Made by a program: the position numbers and the translations under genes
Source of the DNA: a bacterium BMS3Abin15
GTDB lineage: Bacteria; Patescibacteriota; Minisyncoccia; Moranbacterales; 2-12-FULL-40-10
Assembly (NCBI GenBank): GCA_002923195.1
Contig: BDTH01000074.1
Coordinates: 9,081 to 73,080 of the forward strand
Reading direction: 5' to 3'
DNA: 64,000 bases
The notes under the pieces: generated by a model
Databases searched by the model: none
Told to the model about the DNA's origin: nothing
What the model saw: only the letters and a program-made list of their open reading frames with translations
Shown here: positions 17,831-28,124 of the stretch, piece after piece
Layout: each line of letters begins with the position of its first letter
Position numbering within the stretch: the first letter of the stretch is position 1

Positions 17831-18556
17831 TTAATTATTTTGTATGTGCATAAAATTCAAGACTGTTTGGCGCGCTTGCACAATTTCTTCAAGTGTCAGG
17901 TTAAATCCATCAGCGCCTTGGGACATTAAGCGCCCTTCATCGTTTGGCACATGGCCCAGGCCGAAGACATGTCCGATTTCATGGGCAAGAACCCTGAAAT
18001 CATAGCTGGTAGTTAAATCAGCCACAGTAACAACTCCTAAACCGACAAATGCGATTCCATTCAGACCCATAAGTGTTTCTTTTAAAAAAACATTAATGCG
18101 GTGATTATGGTAATCACGGATATTGGCTACAAAAGCACCGGGATCATGCAGAAATGCATTAATCTCTTCGTCACTTAATTCAAGAAAAATAATTTCTTCT
18201 ATGTCCAATTCAATCCCTGCCTGCTCCCATATCTTTGACGTATTTTCAACCAGCCGCCTCACATCTTCTTCTGATCTTTTAGAGCCTGACTCGTCATTTA
18301 CAAATACAAAAACCCGCAAAGGAAGCGCGACTAATTCAGCATCGAGTCTGTTCTCTACTTCCTTCTGAGTAACGCTGTCCGGTGTCCGTTGGTATAGAAA
18401 TAACTGATACACTCCTGAAATATAAAGAAGCCCTACGATTACAACAAGGGCGACCACTATGCGAATATATCGCAAAATTATCTCGCCTTTGGTTGGCTCT
18501 TTATGCTCCTTGTCTGGATCAAAAAGATTTGGATCATCAGGGTCAATTTTTTTCAT
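17831..18556 (-). CDS. Membrane-anchored zinc metalloprotease, metzincin type (HExxHxxGxxH)
   Basis: HEIGHVFGLGH motif; N-terminal TM helix. Confidence 0.8.
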   Translation of the reverse strand: MKKIDPDDPNLFDPDKEHKEPTKGEIILRYIRIVVALVVIVGLLYISGVYQLFLYQRTPDSVTQKEVENRLDAELVALPLRVFVFVNDESGSKRSEEDVRRLVENTSKIWEQAGIELDIEEIIFLELSDEEINAFLHDPGAFVANIRDYHNHRINVFLKETLMGLNGIAFVGLGVVTVADLTTSYDFRVLAHEIGHVFGLGHVPNDEGRLMSQGADGFNLTLEEIVQARQTVLNFMHIQNN

Positions 18557-18645
18557 AATTTTTATCTCAGATTCCTTTTACTTTACTCCTGCCAAATCTG
18601 AAAATCAAGTTTATGATTCCTATTTTTATGCTAGTATAAGTTTCA

Positions 18646-18674
18646 TTAAAAACCCCGCCTCAGCGGGGTTTTTG
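18646..18674. terminator. Rho-independent terminator (aaccccgc-ctca-gcggggtt), bidirectional
   Basis: GC stem flanked by A-run and T-run. Confidence 0.65.
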
Positions 18675-18701
18675 TATTATCGTAAATATATATTTTTAAA
18701 A

Positions 18702-19004
18702 CTATCTGTTCTTCCCTTCGTGCCATTTTTGAAACTCGCTGTTTCGCCTTCCTTCTTCCTTATTTTTCTCAATATTAATTTTTCTCATTGCAAGCTCCTG
18801 ATTATACTCCCTTTCGGAAATTTGTTTAGTTTCAAATTCAATTTTCGGAGATTGCGCTAACGTCTCCCTTCCCAGCGTATTTTTCATTTTTTCAATCGCA
18901 TCATCTTCATTTTCAGCAATAAAAACTTCTCCCCGGGGCAGTGTCATAGATCCTGGCTCTTTGGCAAATACAGCAAAATATTTCTGTTCTTTTTCTCCAT
19001 TCAT
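18702..19004 (-). CDS. Hypothetical protein (100 aa)
   Basis: ORF preceded by GAGGTAGG RBS. Confidence 0.5.
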   Translation of the reverse strand: MNGEKEQKYFAVFAKEPGSMTLPRGEVFIAENEDDAIEKMKNTLGRETLAQSPKIEFETKQISEREYNQELAMRKINIEKNKEEGRRNSEFQKWHEGKNR

Positions 19005-19114
19005 AATTCAATCCTACCTCATTAAAATCTTTAAATCAAATAAAAAAAGGGAACATTTGTTAAAATGTTCCCCGATTTTTGATTATTTACTTCTTCTTTA
19101 TTGTATTTTACAAT

Positions 19115-19648
19115 TTAAATCCAAATTTTGCTTGAAAGATGTAGCATACATTCAACTTTGTTGCTTTCTCCGCCAAATTCATCTGTAAGACGGATGGTGA
19201 ATGTAATGATGTCGCCATTTTCTATTAATCTGGAATTATAAGGGATGGTAAGAACCACGAATTCAAACGTTCCCCTTGTCGGATCATCATTAACGTTAAC
19301 GATGTTGTAATCAATCCACTGGTACAGCATAGCTTGACGTACTCCATAATGCGGATTGGTGCCATCTTTTTTTGTTACTTTTGTCTCCAAAACGGCCTCA
19401 GCATATTCAATTCCGCCGACTATGTTACGAAAAGAAAATTCCAACTTAATCTCTTTCCCTGCTTGAATCGCCGAGAAATCTCCTATTACAGGCAAAGGCA
19501 CAGAGTCTCTTGCTGTCATAATATTGCTTATTAGCACATAAAGACAGGCCAGTAAGACAAGTAATAATATTTTTGTTGTCCTCTTCATCTTTGCCTCCTT
19601 TTCGTTTTTGATTTTATTGTTAAGTTGCAGGAAATTATCTGCTTCCAT
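19115..19648 (-). CDS. Hypothetical secreted protein (likely start at MKRTTKILLLV, 19588)
   Basis: Signal peptide after internal Met; 5' leader is shared with the neighbouring gene. Confidence 0.55.
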   Translation of the reverse strand: MEADNFLQLNNKIKNEKEAKMKRTTKILLLVLLACLYVLISNIMTARDSVPLPVIGDFSAIQAGKEIKLEFSFRNIVGGIEYAEAVLETKVTKKDGTNPHYGVRQAMLYQWIDYNIVNVNDDPTRGTFEFVVLTIPYNSRLIENGDIITFTIRLTDEFGGESNKVECMLHLSSKIWI

Positions 19649-19682
19649 CCTACCCCATTAAATTTTTTAAATCAAACAAAAA

Positions 19683-19710
19683 AAATCCCCCGCCTAGGCG
19701 AGGGATTTTC
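19683..19710 (-). terminator. Rho-independent terminator downstream of the response-regulator gene
   Basis: atcccccgcc-ta-ggcgagggat stem; T-run on the minus strand. Confidence 0.6.
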
Positions 19711-19723
19711 TAATATCAATAAT

Positions 19724-20107
19724 TTATTCAGACATTCCCAGTTTGTCTTTCACTTTTTTTACCACATCTGCCATTTTCCAGTCAGATTTAATCAGATAGT
19801 CATAAGCGCCAGCTTCCGTTGCTTTATGCACATCTTCGGCAGTACTTAAGTTGGTAAGCATGATAACATCAGCACTCTTACCCCATTCATCTTCCCTTAA
19901 TTTATTAAGCATAGTTATTCCGTCCATCTTGGGAAGAATAATGTCCAGCAAGATAATGTCCGGATGTTCTTCCGTGGCAATGGCTAGCCCCTCTTCGCCA
20001 TTACTGGCCCTCATCACTCCTATTCCTTCTGCAGCAAACATATCCAGCAGCATTTGGGATAATTTATGGTCATCTTCAACAATTAGAATTTTTTTATCTG
20101 TAGTCAT
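19724..20107 (-). CDS. Single-domain response regulator (CheY-like receiver)
   Basis: IILLDIILPKMDG phospho-acceptor region; 127 aa. Confidence 0.8.
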   Translation of the reverse strand: MTTDKKILIVEDDHKLSQMLLDMFAAEGIGVMRASNGEEGLAIATEEHPDIILLDIILPKMDGITMLNKLREDEWGKSADVIMLTNLSTAEDVHKATEAGAYDYLIKSDWKMADVVKKVKDKLGMSE

Positions 20108-20172
20108 TTTATTATACTTAAATATTATAACTTATTCTATTATAGCATATGGGATAAATTATTAAATAAAGC

Positions 20173-20556
20173 TTATGCGGGGCTAACTTTTAAGAATTTG
20201 ATGGATTTTTCAACGACTTTTGCCATAGGGGTTTCAGCTTTAATAAAATAATCCACCGCTCCCAACTTTTTGGCTTCATCAATAAAATTCTTCTCACTAA
20301 GATTGGAAGAAACTATTACTGGTGTGTTGATTTTCATTTTTTTTAATTTTTTCAAAATTTCAAACCCATCTACTTTCGGCAAAAGCAAATCCAGTAATAT
20401 TAAATCAAAATGGTTTTTCTTCAATATATCGAGTGCCTCTTTTCCGTCATGCACCATCTGGGCATTAAAACCAATGTTGTGGAATTTCAAATTAAGCATT
20501 CTTGCTATAGGACCCTCATCTTCAATAATTAGAATTTTCTTTTGTTTTTCAGTCAT
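20173..20556 (-). CDS. Single-domain response regulator (CheY-like receiver), paralog
   Basis: DLILLDLLLPKVDG; 127 aa. Confidence 0.8.
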   Translation of the reverse strand: MTEKQKKILIIEDEGPIARMLNLKFHNIGFNAQMVHDGKEALDILKKNHFDLILLDLLLPKVDGFEILKKLKKMKINTPVIVSSNLSEKNFIDEAKKLGAVDYFIKAETPMAKVVEKSIKFLKVSPA

Positions 20557-20599
20557 ATATAACTAAACTTTACCTTAAATAAATACTATTTGCAAAAAT

Positions 20600-22585
20600 C
20601 TATTCGTAGCGTAAAGCATCAAGCGCTGATATCTTTGTTGCCCGTTTTGCCGGATAAATGCCCGTCCCTATTCCAACAATTAGAGCAAGGAATAGAATTA
20701 GAAACACAAATAACGCAGGGATGTGCGACACATTTACAAACCCGACTCCCTTAAATAAAGCGAAGGCCGATAATATTAAACTGACGAGCTTGCCGCCTAT
20801 GAATCCGATGATTATGCCGATGACTCCGCCAAAAAATCCCATTATCATTGACTCGGTCAGAAACAACTCCCTTACTTCCGAGGATCTCATTCCCATAGCT
20901 TTCATCAGACCGACTTCTCTGGTGCGTTCAAGCAAAGACACGGTAAGGGTATTGAACATTCCCAACGCCGCCACGGACAGCGCCACGGTGCCCAATAATG
21001 CGAGTATTATTCTTACGGTCGCAAACAAGCTGTTGATTTGCTTGACCGTATCCACCACGGAAGAAGTCGCAAATCCCATAGCTTCAATCTTTCCTCTTAC
21101 ATCGCTTACTTCTTTCTGGCTAGTTAATACCACCGTTACTTGTGAGTAATTGGCTATACCCAAAGAACGCAAGTCTACAAAAGGAACATAGAATACCGGA
21201 GTCTTGTCTCCCGGTATTACCCCGACAATTACATATTCAGCAAATTCCGATTCTATCTTGTCTCCGCCATCAAATAACAGATCGCCTGTCACCACGAAAG
21301 AGGTGTTAAACTTCTCTCCTACCGCATTTCCTTCGTCAATGCCTAGCACTTTCAACATAGTCCTGTTTACCACCGCTTCTTTCTTGGCAGAAGGGGGTAA
21401 TACCACAATTTTCGTTTTTGCCGCCTGGGATGATTCTGATTCAGCAGGAATCTCCACCCAATCGACGGAAGTATCAGCCAGATCACTATCATCATCGGAA
21501 ACGCCCAATACTGCTGACGATCCGCTAATATTAACCAGGTCTGTTTCTGCTATATATCCGCTTTCTTGAGCATGATACGCGTTTTCATCTTTAATGGTCA
21601 GGTACTTCCCTTCTTCGCAATCCGCTTCATTAACATCGCAAGACTGGCGGTTCCAGAGATAGACCAAAGACTTAATCCACTTACCCATTTTTTTATCCTC
21701 ACCTACCAAAATTTTTCCGTTATCATTATCGGAGGCGTAGGGACTGCCCCAAACTTCGCTTCCCAAGTGCAGATCCTCAGTTCTCTTGGTGTATCCTAAT
21801 GTTTCCGAATTTGTATCTGGTCCTTCTCTTACTCTTACCCATTCTCCCGGATAAATGCTGAAATTGATTTCTTCTCTTGCTTTTTCACCCACCTTTTTTT
21901 CATCCCCTCTTGCAACTTCTTCCAATTCACTGACTTGTCCGAATACCTCGGCGACTATATCATTGCTTTCAAAAATATCTCCCCGGACCGGCTGGATAGC
22001 AGACTGCCTGAGGTAATCGGATGTGACGCCGTAAACCGCCATATCAGAAACAGATCCTTGGAAATCAACTTTTCCCACCACAGCAATAACAGGAAGCACC
22101 GCCTCAACATCGCTTATGCCTCTGAACTTGGCTAGCGATTTGTCATTAATTTTTATTTGCGATCCTGTCTGGGAAACAATATTTACCTGTCTCATTTCAT
22201 TAAGCTTAGCAACACGAGAAATTACGAGTTTCTGAAGTCCATAGCCCAGAGAAACAAGAAATACTATAGCGCCAATTCCCACCGCCATACCGCCGATGGT
22301 GATTATTGACCTGGAACGCTTAAAGTTCATGCTCTTGATGGCCAATTCAATAAGATTAACTCTGTTAATAGTGTTTTTGCTATGCCGGCTAAACTTTAAA
22401 ATATGAACATGTAAATTATTAAGAGGCCCTTTTAATTTATCCCTCATAATCTGCGGGGTAAATTTTCCCAAAAACCTGATAACCGAAGCAAGTAAATACA
22501 CAATTAACATTAAAACAAAAGTGCTTGTATACCATACAGACTTTGCGAAATTATCATAAATTCTTGTAAGCAGTTTTTTTATCAT
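20600..22585 (-). CDS. ABC transporter permease, FtsX/MacB-like, with large extracytoplasmic domain
   Basis: N-terminal TM, large soluble domain, C-terminal FtsX-type 3-TM bundle; overlaps the ATPase gene by 4 nt. Confidence 0.8.
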   Translation of the reverse strand: MIKKLLTRIYDNFAKSVWYTSTFVLMLIVYLLASVIRFLGKFTPQIMRDKLKGPLNNLHVHILKFSRHSKNTINRVNLIELAIKSMNFKRSRSIITIGGMAVGIGAIVFLVSLGYGLQKLVISRVAKLNEMRQVNIVSQTGSQIKINDKSLAKFRGISDVEAVLPVIAVVGKVDFQGSVSDMAVYGVTSDYLRQSAIQPVRGDIFESNDIVAEVFGQVSELEEVARGDEKKVGEKAREEINFSIYPGEWVRVREGPDTNSETLGYTKRTEDLHLGSEVWGSPYASDNDNGKILVGEDKKMGKWIKSLVYLWNRQSCDVNEADCEEGKYLTIKDENAYHAQESGYIAETDLVNISGSSAVLGVSDDDSDLADTSVDWVEIPAESESSQAAKTKIVVLPPSAKKEAVVNRTMLKVLGIDEGNAVGEKFNTSFVVTGDLLFDGGDKIESEFAEYVIVGVIPGDKTPVFYVPFVDLRSLGIANYSQVTVVLTSQKEVSDVRGKIEAMGFATSSVVDTVKQINSLFATVRIILALLGTVALSVAALGMFNTLTVSLLERTREVGLMKAMGMRSSEVRELFLTESMIMGFFGGVIGIIIGFIGGKLVSLILSAFALFKGVGFVNVSHIPALFVFLILFLALIVGIGTGIYPAKRATKISALDALRYE

Positions 22586-23355
22586 TTGCTTTTATTGGTA
22601 TCTTTATTATAAAGTCCGCGCTTGTAAACTAATTCTTTTAATAATTTACTTTTCTCTTTTGACCCGTAGGTTTTTACAACTTCCCCGTCAAATATTTGAA
22701 TGAGATAGTTAGCAAAATGTAGATACGCGAAATCGTGAGTTACCATAATAATGGTTTTTCCGTGCTGCTTGTTTAAATCACCGAGAAGCTGCATCATTTG
22801 CTGGCCTGATTCATAATCAAGGTTCCCCGTAGGCTCATCAGCAATAATGACTTCCGGGTTGTGGATAAGGGACCTGGCCAGGGAGACGCGCTGTTGCTGC
22901 CCGAAAGACAACTCGGTAGGAATATAGTCCGCCCACTCAACCATCCCAACCTGTCTCAGCATTTCCAGTGCTTTTTCTTGAGCAATAGTATTTTCTATCC
23001 CGAGGAGCGTTAGGGGAAATGCCACATTTTCCTTGACATCCAAAGCCTTTATCCAGTTTGATTGCTGAAAAACCATTCCGATAAGCTGTTTCCGAAAAAT
23101 AGCCCTGTCGTCCTCGTTTGTTCCCTCATAAAGATTGTGTCCAAAAAGAACCACATTTCCTTCATTGGGATCCTCCAGTCCTAAAATGGTATGAAGTAAT
23201 GTGGACTTGCCACAGCCGGAAGGGCCGAAAATAATAGCAAAATCGCCGTCTTTAATGGTAACGGAGACATTCTTCAGAACCGGAACATCCTGTGAACCGA
23301 CAGAGAATGACTTGCAAACACTATTTACTTCGATAACCGGCTGGTGGTTTTCCAT
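22582..23355 (-). CDS. ABC transporter ATP-binding protein (MacB/LolD type)
   Basis: Walker A GPSGCGKST, signature LSFGQQQR, Walker B IIADEPT. Confidence 0.85.
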   Translation of the reverse strand: MENHQPVIEVNSVCKSFSVGSQDVPVLKNVSVTIKDGDFAIIFGPSGCGKSTLLHTILGLEDPNEGNVVLFGHNLYEGTNEDDRAIFRKQLIGMVFQQSNWIKALDVKENVAFPLTLLGIENTIAQEKALEMLRQVGMVEWADYIPTELSFGQQQRVSLARSLIHNPEVIIADEPTGNLDYESGQQMMQLLGDLNKQHGKTIIMVTHDFAYLHFANYLIQIFDGEVVKTYGSKEKSKLLKELVYKRGLYNKDTNKSK

Positions 23356-23372
23356 AAATATTTTATTGCTTG

Positions 23373-26300
23373 TTATAATCTCTTCAGAAATCCAAATACT
23401 TCCTTAAGATTTCCAATTACAAGATCGAATGCGTTATCAGCGATCTTAGGAGTTATAGTCACGGTGTCAATAGATCTTGAATCATTGTTGGCTTCATCCT
23501 TGGATATTGCGCGTAAATGATAAACTTTTGATGGAGTAAGATTAGAAACGATAACCAAGTGATTGCTGGTGAAATTGGCATCCTCTTGTGTTTTTTGAGC
23601 GTAGGAATCGCCAGTTCCTTCTCCGAATTCCACCTGGCTGGTAGCCGGTTCATCTGTATCCCAAGTAACAACTAACTGGGTAACCGCATCTTCAGTGGGA
23701 CTTCCGAAAACGCCAGATCCTTCTACTTGAAGGCTGGATATCTGAGGAGGACGGGTATCAGTGGCAGTCGTAAGCTTGTGTGTATCGCTCACGGCTTCAT
23801 TGCCTATTATATCTCTTCCCTTAACAACAACTATGTAATCCGTATGGGGAAGCAATCCTCGGATAGTTGTCTTATGTTCACCAGACACAAGGGTGACATC
23901 GACTTCGTCTCTTGATCGGCTGGAATCCCCATCCGGATAATAAGTAACAATAGATGATATTTCAGTATTGGTATCCCAGGAAACAAGAATAGTCGGCTGA
24001 GCTGCTCCTCTGGCCTGCTGTACGCGGACATTGGAAATTTTAGGGCGGGGCAGAGTGGTAAAATCAAGCGTTGTCCCATCGTACTCATCATCCTCCGCGT
24101 CATAAGTATTGATTTTGTAATAATATTTTGTGCCATCCTTAAGGCCACTAAGAGTTACTACATAGGTGGATTTTGAAGTAGAGGTTGAAATTTCCGACAA
24201 ACCGCCGAAAGACGTTGACTCTCCATAATATATCTTGGCTTCATTGGCTCCGTCGGTAGTAAATTTTATAACCGCACTGGAAATTCCGACACTTGTTACT
24301 TCAACATCCTGCACCGTAGGCGCGTAATCTGTCCTGAAGCTTTCTTCGTCGCTTGTTCCTGTATTTCCATCTTCGTCGGTCCATTTGGCTTTGTAATAGT
24401 ACCTGGTTCCGGGCGATAAATTAGTAAGGTTGATCTCGTGGCTGGTTACCTGATCAGAAGTAGAAGGCTCTTCATCATAATAATCCCCGGATTTTTTCCC
24501 GTAAGACACCTTGGAATCTGCAGTTCGGTCTGTTGACCATTCTATGGCGGCTCTTTGAGTAGTAATACCATCAACTGAAGGATCAGAAGTAAGTTCAGCC
24601 GCTTCGGTAAATTTTCCATCAGGGTATCCCGACGCAGTAGAAGAGACAGCTGAACAGTTGTTGGCGCTGTCACAGGCTTTGACGCAATAATAATATGTCT
24701 GCTGAGAAAGTCCTGTATCTGAATATGATGTACCGGCAGTTGATCCTAATTCGGCAAAAGAAGCGAAACTGGAAGAACACGTCGTATTAGTGGCAGATCT
24801 GTATATGTTATAATTTTCCACTCCGGCTCCCACACTTGATGGCTCTTCCCAGGATAAAGCCAGTTTCCAGTTTGATGTAGCCTTAATTGATATATCCGCC
24901 ACATCAACGCTCCTTGGTATTCCCGGCGCAGTTCCAGAATAAGTAAATTCTACTGATACATAGACGTCGTAATTAATATTAGCTGCTTCATCTTTGGCAA
25001 CAAGATAAAGGGTATTAGCACCCGGTTGATTGGCAAAAGCATCCGCTGAAAGAGAAGTTGCGCCAGCGGAAGTATAGGTGCAGGAAAGCGCGGAAGGAAG
25101 CGTATTTATTGTATAACAATAAGTGATATTGCTGGCTTGCCCAAAATATGTAGTCGGGGCATCCCAAGAGAATGCGTAAGAGTTGGTTGTGCTGGTTGAA
25201 GGAGTGACATCCAAATTAAGGGGAGCGGACGGAGCGCTGGTGTTCAACTTAATAGTTCCGGTTGTATATGTGGTGGAAACGTTTCCGGCCGTATCCCAAG
25301 TGCGGAAATACAAGGCATTAGTGCCTTCCTGAAGATCATCATAATCGGGAGGATCTTGAGTCGCATAAAGCCCGTCATCCGCAAGAAGGTCGGTACTATC
25401 CTGTGCCCCAGAGTGGGAGTCGCCGTACCAAGTTCCGCTGCTTCCTATTCTGTATTGAAGGCCGGCCACTCCAGAGTGGCTATCACTGGTTGCATCTTCT
25501 CCAGCAGTCGGCCATGTAATGTTGACTGCTTCGGTGGAAATCCATTCTCCCGGAAAGGATATGTATGCGGGATTATCCGGCAAAGTATTATCAAAACGAA
25601 ACTGGAATTGGGCATCAATAGTTGAATAAATATTTCCGGCATGGTCTATAGCCCATATAGTTAAATAATAGGGATCAGTATCAATACTAGAGGTCAGCCA
25701 GGTAGCTCCGCGGTAAGCAGTTGTGGCAAAATCAATTGAAGTGGCATTGATTATGAACTGGCAGTCGGTTCCGACCGTACTGACCGGAGAAGTGCCTAAA
25801 AGGCTGCTACCAGCATTAAAAAGCGCGGTTGGATCTATTCCTAGATACAAACAATATCCTTTAAGTCCTGCTTGAGAATCAGATCCGGCCGTCCAGGAAA
25901 AGTAAGGAGCCGGATCATTGGTCCAATCATTAGAATTCAGATCGGTTCCCCCGGCCTGTTTTTTCATCGCCACACTGGAAGCATTGGTTTCCGGCGCCGT
26001 GTCATCAGACATATAATAAATGGTAAAATTATCCAGTTGCGGATTACTAACTCCATCTGAAGAAGCCAGAGTGGCCTTAATTTGTATATATCTGCCTGCC
26101 GTTCCGGTCGGGATACTTAAAACATCCAGTTCCCCTTTGGTTTTAGTAAAGGGGTTGCTAGTGGCGATTCCAAGATTGGCATAACTGGCAGAAGAGAGAT
26201 CTCCGGCAGAAGCGGCCGCTCTCATCTGGAAAGTTACTGACGAATTAGCCCCGACATTGGCTACTGTTGCAGAAAAAGCAGTAGAATCTACATCATCTCC

Positions 26301-28124
26301 GTCTCCCCATCCCCCGTTCCAGATAACATCCATTACATTTGAATCAGTCGGGGATTCCCATGTTCCAGAAGCGTTAATCACCGTCGTTTCACTGCCGGTG
26401 CTAAAAGACGGATCGGGATAAGAATATTGGCGCATCATCGGATACGACCAAATGGTTGCTTCTGAACCTGCGTTTTTCTGATAATGAGCCGAGACCGGCT
26501 TATCACATGTCATATACCAAGGATTGGCGGTGAAGACATTGGAGTCTCCCGTTCCAAATCCCAAAAAATAAATCGATGAATTAGATGAAGATCCTGACCC
26601 AGATCCAATAGTTCCACCACTGGTATTATAAACTGTACAGCTAAATGCCTGATCTGAAGCAATAGAAATATAATCAGTGGTAACAGCTGATCCATAAGTC
26701 GTTCCCATATCCCTGACCAATTGAAACATATGAGAATCTCCTCCATCAGCATCAGCATACTGATGCACTCCAATAGGATCATTCGCCGACCAAGCTAAAA
26801 TTGACGGACCAGCTCCGAATGAGCCTCCTCCTCCGGGACCTATATATGTGTCAGCTCCGAGATCCGCCGGATCAACCGCAGATGATCCGGATGATAAGAA
26901 GTAGCGATAATCAGCTCCGCTGGCATTTGACATAAGTTCCACATTTGAACCGCTTCCTATCCATTCACTGGCACTAGATGGATGAAGAGGCATTGGATCA
27001 GTAGTTCCTTTCTCATAAAAAATAATGACCGGATAATCACTGGATATTCTCACCTGGCCGGTTGTAATACCGCAAGACAGTGTTGCTCCCGATGAAGTAA
27101 CTGACTGGCTTCCGCATTTCAGAGTTCCGGCATTGTATATATCCACAGTCGCATCCTGCCATGGCGCTATTGCAAAGAAAGTATCGGTGCTGGGACTGCG
27201 GCTGAACATTAAAAACTCAGTTCCAGCCCAAGATACGGGAACAAGGGAGTCGGTATCCTCAGAAGAATCATCGGCATTAAAAAATTTCGTCGCGGTAACG
27301 GGAGCCCACTGGTCAATACTAGAAAAAGAATTGGTATCATATTGATCCATTGACCTAGTCACTCCGTTATGAGTAATGGAGTTTCCATCTTCCAGTGAGA
27401 TAATTTGAAGATCGTCCACGCTGCTGTCAAGAACATAAGCAATGGTTTTTTCCGTTGAGTAGCTAAAGGTAGCCGATTCATCCTGTCCTTCAGAAGCAGC
27501 CGCAGCGCCGTAGTACATATAGATTGTCGTATTGGAAGACGCGGCGATTGAATCAACTTTGACCCATATTTCCGTGTCGGAAGTATCGCAAGTTCCTCCT
27601 ACAATGAAATAATCCAATGCTGCAAAGCTAGCATTAGTAAATCGCAGATCATCGCAATCAGATTGCATTTTTCCTCCTGATATTAAGGTAGCAGTGTCAA
27701 TTGCGTCAATAAGAACCTGGTATTCAGTCAGGGTATTGCTATTAGATGTATTATCAATCGTAATTTCCCTCCGGTAAGTCGTTCCGTCCGGCCCTCCTCC
27801 CTCATCAAGCTGGACAAACGCATCGTCTCCGCTTCCCGAAACTTCCGTGTTAGCCAATGTCCCCTGGTTGAAATGCGTGTCAGTGTACTTGGCGACTGAA
27901 GTAGCTGTATCGGCAAAAATTTTAGGAATGACAAAATTGGAAACTGTTAGATAAAATCCTATGACTATTCCGGAAAACAAAACCAGCACTCCAAATAAAT
28001 TGAACTGCCATCTGGCGATTAATATTTTTTTCGTAAACAGGAGATGCATTATCCGCTTATTATTAATCTTTTTATTTTTATTTCTGATCCCAATACTTGA
28101 AAATTCCCGATTCTTCCATATCAA
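23373..28124 (-). CDS. Giant (about 1560-1583 aa) S/T/G/D-rich cell-surface protein with at least six C-terminal fibronectin-III-like repeats; probable start at 28049
   Basis: N-terminal TM/signal; repeated W..xP / YYYxxxxxD FN3-like modules (e.g. ISIKATSNWKLALSWEEP, TRYYYKAKWTDEDGN, TKYYYKINTYDAEDD). Confidence 0.75.
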   Translation of the reverse strand: MIWKNREFSSIGIRNKNKKINNKRIMHLLFTKKILIARWQFNLFGVLVLFSGIVIGFYLTVSNFVIPKIFADTATSVAKYTDTHFNQGTLANTEVSGSGDDAFVQLDEGGGPDGTTYRREITIDNTSNSNTLTEYQVLIDAIDTATLISGGKMQSDCDDLRFTNASFAALDYFIVGGTCDTSDTEIWVKVDSIAASSNTTIYMYYGAAAASEGQDESATFSYSTEKTIAYVLDSSVDDLQIISLEDGNSITHNGVTRSMDQYDTNSFSSIDQWAPVTATKFFNADDSSEDTDSLVPVSWAGTEFLMFSRSPSTDTFFAIAPWQDATVDIYNAGTLKCGSQSVTSSGATLSCGITTGQVRISSDYPVIIFYEKGTTDPMPLHPSSASEWIGSGSNVELMSNASGADYRYFLSSGSSAVDPADLGADTYIGPGGGGSFGAGPSILAWSANDPIGVHQYADADGGDSHMFQLVRDMGTTYGSAVTTDYISIASDQAFSCTVYNTSGGTIGSGSGSSSNSSIYFLGFGTGDSNVFTANPWYMTCDKPVSAHYQKNAGSEATIWSYPMMRQYSYPDPSFSTGSETTVINASGTWESPTDSNVMDVIWNGGWGDGDDVDSTAFSATVANVGANSSVTFQMRAAASAGDLSSASYANLGIATSNPFTKTKGELDVLSIPTGTAGRYIQIKATLASSDGVSNPQLDNFTIYYMSDDTAPETNASSVAMKKQAGGTDLNSNDWTNDPAPYFSWTAGSDSQAGLKGYCLYLGIDPTALFNAGSSLLGTSPVSTVGTDCQFIINATSIDFATTAYRGATWLTSSIDTDPYYLTIWAIDHAGNIYSTIDAQFQFRFDNTLPDNPAYISFPGEWISTEAVNITWPTAGEDATSDSHSGVAGLQYRIGSSGTWYGDSHSGAQDSTDLLADDGLYATQDPPDYDDLQEGTNALYFRTWDTAGNVSTTYTTGTIKLNTSAPSAPLNLDVTPSTSTTNSYAFSWDAPTTYFGQASNITYCYTINTLPSALSCTYTSAGATSLSADAFANQPGANTLYLVAKDEAANINYDVYVSVEFTYSGTAPGIPRSVDVADISIKATSNWKLALSWEEPSSVGAGVENYNIYRSATNTTCSSSFASFAELGSTAGTSYSDTGLSQQTYYYCVKACDSANNCSAVSSTASGYPDGKFTEAAELTSDPSVDGITTQRAAIEWSTDRTADSKVSYGKKSGDYYDEEPSTSDQVTSHEINLTNLSPGTRYYYKAKWTDEDGNTGTSDEESFRTDYAPTVQDVEVTSVGISSAVIKFTTDGANEAKIYYGESTSFGGLSEISTSTSKSTYVVTLSGLKDGTKYYYKINTYDAEDDEYDGTTLDFTTLPRPKISNVRVQQARGAAQPTILVSWDTNTEISSIVTYYPDGDSSRSRDEVDVTLVSGEHKTTIRGLLPHTDYIVVVKGRDIIGNEAVSDTHKLTTATDTRPPQISSLQVEGSGVFGSPTEDAVTQLVVTWDTDEPATSQVEFGEGTGDSYAQKTQEDANFTSNHLVIVSNLTPSKVYHLRAISKDEANNDSRSIDTVTITPKIADNAFDLVIGNLKEVFGFLKRL

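Noticed and set aside
20658-21799. Plus-strand ORFs 20658..21149, 21204..21569, 21566..21799
   Set aside because: Antisense within the FtsX-like permease gene.
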